Virus record (IMG/VR): IMGVR_UViG_3300045988_000304
Span: 1-5,575 of that record
Source: a virus
DNA: 5,575 bases
Strand: one strand, 5' to 3'
The translations under genes and the position numbers were made by a program. The notes under the pieces are model-generated. The model made no database searches. It was given only the letters and a program-made list of their open reading frames with translations, and was not told the origin of the DNA. Within the stretch, counting starts at the first letter, position 1; every line of letters starts with the position of its first letter. Shown piece after piece: positions 1 to 4,204 of the stretch.

Positions 1-1183
1 CATAGATAACCCAGCAATCAACTCAGTAGACGACGCAACAGTGGACTACAGAGACGACCCGGAAAAAGGCATGGACGGAAAGACTCCAGACATTGACTAC
101 ATACTTCAAAACGCTTACAGAGGCGGCAGACCGTTGCCGGTCAATAAGTTCCATGACTACTTCACATCGGCGCTGCCGGGTCCGCAGAAAACGGGAGAAA
201 CGATAACAATTCCAATGGGCGGAAAAGCGCCGGTATACGGATATGAGTACAACGGCGACACGAAAACGCCGGGAACGTTAAATTTTGTGTCGCACCTCGG
301 GCAAAACTCAACAATAGAAAACACCGACGACGGGCGGTTACAAATTAACGCCTACAAAATAGACAAAGACAATGGAACATACGCATACGAAAGCATGGAC
401 CTATACACGGACATGAGCCAAGTACAGGCAACAACCATCAACCAACTGCGACAGGCATTCCAAGTACAAAAATATTACGAAGAGCTGGCACGCGGCGGCA
501 GCAGATACCGCGAGATGATTTACTCACTGTTCCATACCAAAATCAGTGACAAAACTGTACAGATTCCGGAATATCTCGGCGGTACACGTATCACTATCAA
601 CATGAGTCAAGTCATCCAAACCAGCGGAACAACTACCGAGAGTCCACAGGGTAACACGGCAGCAGTGAGCGTTACACCGTACAACGGCAGCATGTTCACA
701 AAGAGCTTCGAGGAGCACGGCTATGTTATCGGAGTATGCTGCATCCGGCATGACCATACCTACCAGCAGGGACTTGAACGGATGTGGAGTCGTAAAACAA
801 ACCTCGATTTTTACTATCCAGTTTTCGCAAATCTGGGAGAGCAAGCAATTCTCAAAAAAGAGTTGTATCTCACCGGGACGGCAACAGACGAACAGGCATT
901 CGGCTACCAAGAAGCGTGGGCCGAATACCGAATGAAGCCAAACAGAATCTGTGGAAAATTCCGCAGCAACGCAACGGGAACACTGGATAGCTGGCACTAC
1001 GGTGACAACTACAAGGAAACGCCGAGCTTAAGCCAAGCATGGATGAAAGAAGGATATTCAGAAATCCAGCGAACTCTCGCAGTAAGCGACGAACCGCAAT
1101 TTATCATGGATACTATCATTGACAATACCAGCGTAAGACCGATGCCCATGTACAGCATTCCAGGACTCGTAGACCATCACTAA
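1..1183 (+). CDS. VP1: major capsid protein VP1, C-terminal part (codon phase starts at base 2; base 1 is the third position of an AAC codon)
   Basis: The frame is open from base 2 to TAA at 1181-1183. The track's GVG start at 41 is a window-edge artefact, because the identical residues [19 protein letters not shown] end the 5012 ORF. Joined length is 509+1183 = 1692 nt, giving 563 aa, which is typical for gokushovirus VP1. Confidence 0.95.
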   Translation, partial: IDNPAINSVDDATVDYRDDPEKGMDGKTPDIDYILQNAYRGGRPLPVNKFHDYFTSALPGPQKTGETITIPMGGKAPVYGYEYNGDTKTPGTLNFVSHLGQNSTIENTDDGRLQINAYKIDKDNGTYAYESMDLYTDMSQVQATTINQLRQAFQVQKYYEELARGGSRYREMIYSLFHTKISDKTVQIPEYLGGTRITINMSQVIQTSGTTTESPQGNTAAVSVTPYNGSMFTKSFEEHGYVIGVCCIRHDHTYQQGLERMWSRKTNLDFYYPVFANLGEQAILKKELYLTGTATDEQAFGYQEAWAEYRMKPNRICGKFRSNATGTLDSWHYGDNYKETPSLSQAWMKEGYSEIQRTLAVSDEPQFIMDTIIDNTSVRPMPMYSIPGLVDHH

Positions 1184-1195
1184 GAAAGGGGGAAA

Positions 1196-1224
1196 GCCCG
1201 GGGCAAAACCCCGGGCATATTTTT
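1196..1224 (+). terminator. intrinsic terminator/attenuator hairpin between VP1 and VP2
   Basis: A perfect 8-bp GC stem pairs GCCCGGGG (1196-1203) with CCCCGGGC (1209-1216) around the loop CAAAA. It is followed by ATATTTTT (1217-1224). The VP2 ATG follows immediately at 1225. Confidence 0.7.
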
Positions 1225-2103
1225 ATGGGATTTTTAGCAACATTCGGACTGGGGCTACTCAAAACAGCACTGCCAAGCCTAATAGGAGCAGCAGCAAATA
1301 AACTGTTTGGCACAAGTTCAAGCTACGGACAGCAAAGTCAAGCAAACAGTCAAAGCATCGGGTCAAGCTGGTCGCAAGGCTCAAGCGACAGCGCAAGTTT
1401 TAGCAACAGCGGCACAAATGACGCCATAAACCAAAGCATTGCAGCACTAGCAAACCAGTTAAGCCAAGGCAGTATGGCCAACCAGCAAAAATACAATCGC
1501 AATTCAATGCTTATGCAGATGGGATACAACACCTTAGGAGCAATCCAACAAGGCGTATACAATCACATCCAACAGCAAACAGCCATGAGTTACAACTCAG
1601 CAGAAGCGGCAACAAACAGAGCATGGCAAGAAAGAATGAGTAACACAGCATACCAAAGAGCCGTCGAAGATATGCGAAAAGCCGGGATAAATCCTATCTT
1701 AGCATACACACAAGGCGGCGCAAGCACTCCGAGCGGAGCACAGGGAACAATCGGGAGTGCAAGTATGGGCATGGCATCCAGCAGCGCACTAGGAGCAACA
1801 GCATTACCGGGCATAAAACAAGACGGAAGTTGGAGTTCCCATAGTGAAGCATGGAGTCACGCGGAAAACGCAGCACAGAGCATCCAGCAAGCTATCATGT
1901 CAAGCAGCTCAAACCCAGTAAGACTCAAAGGAGACATGGAAGCCATAGCCGAGACGGCGGCAGAAAACGCAGCCAAGCTAAAAGAAAAATTCGCAGCGTT
2001 GCCCGTAAAAGACAAAGCAAAGAAAGGGCTTGCGGAACAGTTCGAACAGGCAAGAAGATACTTGCCCACAGGATACATGAGTATAAATCCGAGAGGGAAA
2101 TAA
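1225..2103 (+). CDS. VP2: minor capsid / DNA pilot protein VP2 (phiX174 H analogue)
   Basis: This 292-aa ORF sits directly after VP1, as in gokushoviruses. It has a hydrophobic N-terminus ([24 protein letters not shown]) and a Q/S/N-rich low-complexity segment. It also carries the conserved block [31 protein letters not shown] (nt 1615-1707), which I recognise from microvirus VP2 proteins. Confidence 0.85.
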   Translation: MGFLATFGLGLLKTALPSLIGAAANKLFGTSSSYGQQSQANSQSIGSSWSQGSSDSASFSNSGTNDAINQSIAALANQLSQGSMANQQKYNRNSMLMQMGYNTLGAIQQGVYNHIQQQTAMSYNSAEAATNRAWQERMSNTAYQRAVEDMRKAGINPILAYTQGGASTPSGAQGTIGSASMGMASSSALGATALPGIKQDGSWSSHSEAWSHAENAAQSIQQAIMSSSSNPVRLKGDMEAIAETAAENAAKLKEKFAALPVKDKAKKGLAEQFEQARRYLPTGYMSINPRGK

Positions 2104-2104
2104 A

Positions 2105-3124
2105 ATGGGATGCAATAAACCGTTAATCCGGTTTTATGTACCTCATGACAGGGAGGCGAGTGGGCGAGTATACTCACTCGCCTCTTTTAACGAGATGCAT
2201 AAGACAAACCTTAGATACGAAGATCTAATGTACAGAAAAGATGTAATGTTGATACCATGCGGACAATGTACCGGATGTAGACTACGCAAACGAAAAGACT
2301 GGTCAACGCGAATGGAACTAGAAGCATACGGACACAGCAAAGAAACCATCTGGTTTATTACACTAACTTATGACGATGACCATGTACCGACACAGGACAC
2401 CGAAACAGGCGAAATCTATAAAGGCGGCATAAACATCTGGAAAGGCGTCTCAGAGCGTCCAAGAACAGCGCAAACTCTAAGCGTAGAGGATACCCAACTA
2501 TTTATAAAAAGGCTCAGAAAGGCCGTCAAAGAGCCTCTGAGATACTTTTTAGCGGGAGAGTACGGAGACAACACAGCGAGACCACACTATCACATGATAC
2601 TATATGGTTGGCATCCGGACGACTTAAAACCAATCCACAAACTGTCAAGACATGGTCATTATACAAGCGATAAGCTAGTAAAAATCTGGGGACAAGGCAC
2701 AGTTGACATCGCACAGGCAACACCAGAAACATATAATTATGTTGCAGGGTATGTGACCAAGAAACTATACGGCAACGACAAAAAGCGTTACCAGAAAATG
2801 GGTTTAATACCACCATTTTGCACCATGAGCCGCAAACCGGGACTCGGAGACAAGTGGTTCGAAGACAATCAAGAACGACTCTGGCAAAAAGGATACATAC
2901 AGCTTACCAACGGCAAGAGAGCAGCCATACCGGAATACTATTGGAGAAAACTGGAAGCTAAAAACCCAGAAAAAGCATGGAGAATCAAGAAATATCGACA
3001 GGGAAAAGCCATAGCGTCCCTAATCGAAAGAAACGCGGAAACCGACAAGCCATACGCAGAACAGTTAAAAGACAAAGAAGCATCCATGTCGAAGAAAATG
3101 AGCAAAGCCAAAGGCGTATTTTGA
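2105..3124 (+). CDS. VP4: replication initiation protein VP4 (HUH rolling-circle endonuclease, phiX174 A analogue)
   Basis: This 339-aa ORF starts 1 nt after the VP2 stop. It has the Cys cluster IPCGQCTGCRLRKRKDW, motif I FITLTYDD, the HUH motif PHYHMILYG (HYH at nt 2585-2593) and the catalytic Tyr motif YVAGYVTKK (nt 2738-2764). Confidence 0.93.
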   Translation: MGCNKPLIRFYVPHDREASGRVYSLASFNEMHKTNLRYEDLMYRKDVMLIPCGQCTGCRLRKRKDWSTRMELEAYGHSKETIWFITLTYDDDHVPTQDTETGEIYKGGINIWKGVSERPRTAQTLSVEDTQLFIKRLRKAVKEPLRYFLAGEYGDNTARPHYHMILYGWHPDDLKPIHKLSRHGHYTSDKLVKIWGQGTVDIAQATPETYNYVAGYVTKKLYGNDKKRYQKMGLIPPFCTMSRKPGLGDKWFEDNQERLWQKGYIQLTNGKRAAIPEYYWRKLEAKNPEKAWRIKKYRQGKAIASLIERNAETDKPYAEQLKDKEASMSKKMSKAKGVF

Positions 3125-3135
3125 CACTTTGGTGT

Positions 3136-3184
3136 CACTCAGCCAAGTAACTATCAAGTAAGCTACTTGGCTGAGTGTTTTATT
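3136..3184 (+). terminator. strong intrinsic terminator after VP4 (probable end of the genome-length transcription unit)
   Basis: CACTCAGCCAAGTAACT (3136-3152) pairs with AGCTACTTGGCTGAGTG (3161-3177). That gives a 17-bp stem with one mismatch and the loop ATCAAGTA, followed by TTTTATT (3178-3184). A small 6-bp hairpin, TGACAC/GTGTCA (3122-3137), overlaps the VP4 stop codon. Confidence 0.75.
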
Positions 3185-3193
3185 GATTTGTTA

Positions 3194-3237
3194 AATGCAC
3201 ACGCGCGCGCACGTAATCGCGCACGCGCACGTGCATT
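3194..3237. repeat. GC-rich imperfect palindrome made of alternating purine/pyrimidine tracts
   Basis: AATGCAC (3194-3200) pairs with GTGCATT (3231-3237), and inner pairs 3203-3207/3224-3228, 3209-3210/3221-3222 and 3212-3213/3218-3219 also form. In total 16 of 20 positions pair around the loop TAAT (3214-3217). Bases 3196-3215 and 3218-3236 are unbroken pyrimidine-purine alternations (TGCACACGCGCGCGCACGTA and CGCGCACGCGCACGTGCAT). Confidence 0.8.
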
Positions 3238-3259
3238 ATATTATTATTTTTATTATTAA
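3235..3259. other. 25-nt pure A/T tract (candidate DNA unwinding element)
   Basis: ATTATATTATTATTTTTATTATTAA contains no G or C from 3235 to 3259. It lies between the GC palindrome and the (TAG)5 repeat. Confidence 0.6.
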
Positions 3260-3266
3260 CTTGTTG

Positions 3267-3281
3267 TAGTAGTAGTAGTAG
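3267..3281 (+). repeat. (TAG)5 perfect trinucleotide repeat (DnaA-trio-like), followed by the G cluster GGAG
   Basis: TAGTAGTAGTAGTAG is read directly at 3267-3281. It is preceded by TTGTTG and followed by GGAG, then by the first TGTTGAA repeat. Confidence 0.9.
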
Positions 3282-3359
3282 GGAGTGTTGAAATGTTGAA
3301 TACTATGAATTTTTATCCTTGGAACGATATTTTTTGGCTAATTTTAATGTTGATACTTT

Positions 3360-3368
3360 TGTGGATAA
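3360..3368 (-). promoter_or_regulatory. DnaA box, perfect match to TTATCCACA
   Basis: The + strand reads TGTGGATAA, so its reverse complement is TTATCCACA, 9/9 to the strict consensus. Confidence 0.6.
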
Positions 3369-3394
3369 CTTGTTGAAATGTTGAAAGTATAGCA

Positions 3395-3403
3395 ATATGC
3401 ACA
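3395..3403 (+). promoter_or_regulatory. DnaA-box-like 9-mer in the opposite orientation, partly inside a hairpin stem
   Basis: ATATGCACA matches TTWTNCACA at 8/9. Bases 3398-3403 belong to the stem of the 3398-3417 hairpin. Confidence 0.35.
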
Positions 3404-3417
3404 AAAACCTTTGTGCA
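3398..3417 (+). other. 8-bp hairpin TGCACAAA / TTTGTGCA with loop AACC
   Basis: This perfect inverted repeat (3398-3405 and 3410-3417) sits between the second and third iteron clusters. Its stem carries the CACA half of two box-like 9-mers. Confidence 0.6.
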
Positions 3418-3420
3418 ACA
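3412..3420 (-). promoter_or_regulatory. DnaA-box-like 9-mer (one mismatch to the relaxed consensus), 3 nt from the 3424 box
   Basis: The + strand reads TGTGCAACA, against the reverse consensus TGTGNAWAA (8/9). Confidence 0.35.
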
Positions 3421-3423
3421 TTT

Positions 3424-3432
3424 TGTGGAAAA
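3424..3432 (-). promoter_or_regulatory. DnaA box, matches the relaxed consensus TTWTNCACA
   Basis: The + strand reads TGTGGAAAA, so its reverse complement is TTTTCCACA (9/9 relaxed, 8/9 strict). It has the same orientation as the 3360 box and the same position within the 33-nt repeat. Confidence 0.55.
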
Positions 3433-3502
3433 CCTGTTGAAAGTGTTGAAAGTGTTGAAAAAGCAAATAAAGGCCGACCGGCGACCGAGAGCGAGAAGCC
3501 AC

Positions 3503-3542
3503 GTCATGCTCTTCGTACGGCGCACCGCGCCTACCGCATGAC
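3503..3542 (+). other. GC-rich nested stem-loop just upstream of the promoter
   Basis: The outer stem pairs GTCATGC (3503-3509) with GCATGAC (3536-3542). The inner stem pairs GTA-C-GGCGC (3515-3523) with GCGCC-TAC (3527-3534) around the loop ACC. No T-run follows on either strand, so this is not a terminator. Confidence 0.6.
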
Positions 3543-3568
3543 CTCAAATAAAAAGTTTAAAAAACCTC

Positions 3569-3597
3569 TTGACAAATCGAAAAATCTGTGGTATAAT
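3569..3597 (+). promoter_or_regulatory. consensus sigma-70/sigma-A promoter with extended -10 and A/T-rich UP-like region
   Basis: TTGACA (3569-3574) and TATAAT (3592-3597) are separated by an exact 17-nt spacer. TG at 3589-3590 gives TGnTATAAT. The A-rich tract CAAATAAAAAGTTTAAAAAACC lies at 3545-3566. Confidence 0.75.
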
Positions 3598-3621
3598 GCA
3601 GATAGTAAAGGAGGTATAAAG

Positions 3622-3801
3622 ATGAATACCATCAATCATCTGAGCATCAAAGCCTTGAAGGAACTGGAAGAAGTAGGTTCCTACGATACCGCAAAATACA
3701 GATACATTATTAACCAGAGCAATGGAGGATGCTACCGCATCAATAAAGAGCTGCTAGGGACAACGGAAGCGCTCAACCCGGAAAATTGGGTGGAACAGTA
3801 A
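3622..3801 (+). CDS. hypothetical 59-aa protein, first gene downstream of the consensus promoter
   Basis: ATG at 3622 lies 7 nt after AAGGAGG (3608-3614), and TAA is at 3799-3801. The product is MNTINHLSIKALKELEEVGSYDTAKYRYIINQSNGGCYRINKELLGTTEALNPENWVEQ. It has no TM segment and no family I recognise. The track's longer form (3397-3801) would have to read through the promoter and the repeats. Confidence 0.6.
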   Translation: MNTINHLSIKALKELEEVGSYDTAKYRYIINQSNGGCYRINKELLGTTEALNPENWVEQ

Positions 3802-3812
3802 CAAGGTTAAAC

Positions 3813-3831
3813 AGCACAAAGTGCTTTTTTT
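3813..3831 (+). terminator. weak intrinsic terminator/attenuator after the 59-aa ORF
   Basis: AGCAC (3813-3817) and GTGCT (3821-3825) pair around an AAA loop, followed by a run of seven T (3825-3831). The stem is only 5 bp, so it is probably leaky. Confidence 0.45.
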
Positions 3832-3873
3832 ACAAACCATTTATACAAAATAATTTTTTAGGAGGTGTTTGCT

Positions 3874-3978
3874 CTGTCTCTCAAGGAAATTAACGCGCTG
3901 TTTAACAACATCCGCAAAATCTTAGCCATGTTGGATAAGATTTACCACGCAGTAGAGGGGAACAATCCCAAGGAGTAA
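3874..3978 (+). CDS. candidate 34-aa ORF with a non-ATG start (CTG 3874, or GTG 3865 giving 37 aa)
   Basis: AGGAGG lies at 3860-3865. The frame from CTG 3874 reads LSLKEINALFNNIRKILAMLDKIYHAVEGNNPKE and stops at TAA 3976-3978. Its last codons, AAG GAG, form the SD for the next gene, whose GTG is at 3983. The only in-frame ATG (3928) has no SD. The start codon is uncertain. Confidence 0.35.
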   Translation: MSLKEINALFNNIRKILAMLDKIYHAVEGNNPKE

Positions 3979-3982
3979 CCAA

Positions 3983-4204
3983 GTGAAAACGTGGAATATA
4001 CGAGACCAGACCGATACGACGCTAGCGATGACACTCGCCAAAACTTACAAGGAGATCGAGGCGACATACAAGCACGTAAGAGCAGCCGCCACGATAGAAG
4101 ACGCAAAATTTTACATCGACATGGCATTTCGGAAAAAAGCTTTTGCGAATAACATCGAGATGGAACAAATCCGCAGGAGAATCAACAATGGGGAAGAGGA
4201 ATAA
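3983..4204 (+). CDS. hypothetical 73-aa protein
   Basis: GTG at 3983 lies 7 nt after AAGGAG (3970-3975). The predicted product MKTWNIRDQTDTTLAMTLAKTYKEIEATYKHVRAAATIEDAKFYIDMAFRKKAFANNIEMEQIRRRINNGEEE looks helical and charged, and matches no family I recognise. Its 3' end overlaps the next gene by 17 nt. Confidence 0.6.
   Translation: MKTWNIRDQTDTTLAMTLAKTYKEIEATYKHVRAAATIEDAKFYIDMAFRKKAFANNIEMEQIRRRINNGEEE

Larger units (their letters stand above)
3357..3454 (+). repeat. two copies of a ~33-nt direct repeat (DnaA box plus two TGTTGAAA units), 64 nt apart
   Basis: The copies are TTTTGTGGATAACTTGTTGAAATGTTGAAAGTA (3357-3389) and TTTTGTGGAAAACCTGTTGAAAGTGTTGAAAGTG (3421-3454). They differ by two mismatches and one 1-nt indel. 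Confidence 0.9.
3286..3461 (+). repeat. iteron-like array of eight same-strand TGTTGAA(A) repeats in three tandem clusters plus one isolated degenerate copy
   Basis: TGTTGAA starts at 3286 and 3294 (8-nt period), at 3371 and 3379 (8-nt period), and at 3435, 3444 and 3453 (9-nt period, TGTTGAAAG). A degenerate TGTTGAT starts at 3348. All copies are in one orientation. I saw no other copy elsewhere in the genome by eye. Confidence 0.9.

Noticed and set aside
1851-2126. Highly basic + strand overlapping ORFs (1851-2126 inside VP2, 4565-4840 inside VP3, 4852-5040, 723-935) as possible phiX-style overprinted genes or a lysis gene
   Set aside because: K/R-rich frames are the expected by-product of A/G-rich coding sequence. 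The only nearby SD (GGAGG 4559-4563) is 1 nt from its ATG, which is too close. None contains a transmembrane segment like the phiX174 E lysis protein. A genuine J-like gene is already accounted for at 4188-4307. They cannot be fully excluded without comparative data.
3186-3196. ATTTGTTAAAT resembles the XerD arm of dif (TTATGTTAAAT, 9/11), suggesting a dif-like integration site as reported for some gokushovirus prophages
   Set aside because: Only one arm matches. The 6-nt spacer and the 11 nt where a XerC arm should be (3169-3179) do not resemble GGTGCGCATAA. A half-site match in AT-rich DNA is easily due to chance.
3286-3461. TGTTGAA repeats as Spo0A 0A boxes (TGTCGAA / TGNCGAA), by analogy with phi29
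   Set aside because: The single difference falls on the conserved C of the 0A box in every copy, so the resemblance is not good enough to claim. It remains a testable alternative if the host proves to be a spore former.
3435-3461. Tandem repeats as a CRISPR array or mini-array
   Set aside because: The units are only 8-9 nt and directly abut each other with no spacers. They are far below CRISPR repeat length.
3313-3547. Minus-strand ORFs 3313-3525 and 3344-3547 across the noncoding region
   Set aside because: They are built from repeat translation (FNTFNTFN, FQHFQHFQ) and have no RBS. They lie on the strand that Microviridae do not transcribe. They also overlap each other in different frames, which looks like chance open frames.
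3397-3801. 134-aa form of the ORF in the track, starting at ATG 3397
   Set aside because: There is no SD before 3397. The N-terminal 75 codons would read through the tandem repeats (giving VESVESVEK), the GC hairpin and a complete consensus promoter. A perfect SD and ATG at 3608-3624 define the 59-aa form instead.
3829-3857. Possible second promoter (TTTACA 3829-3834 with AATAAT 3849-3854) ahead of the 3860 SD
   Set aside because: The spacer is only 14 nt, and the alternative -35 hexamers are poor. Read-through from the 3569 promoter across the weak 5-bp terminator explains downstream expression more simply.
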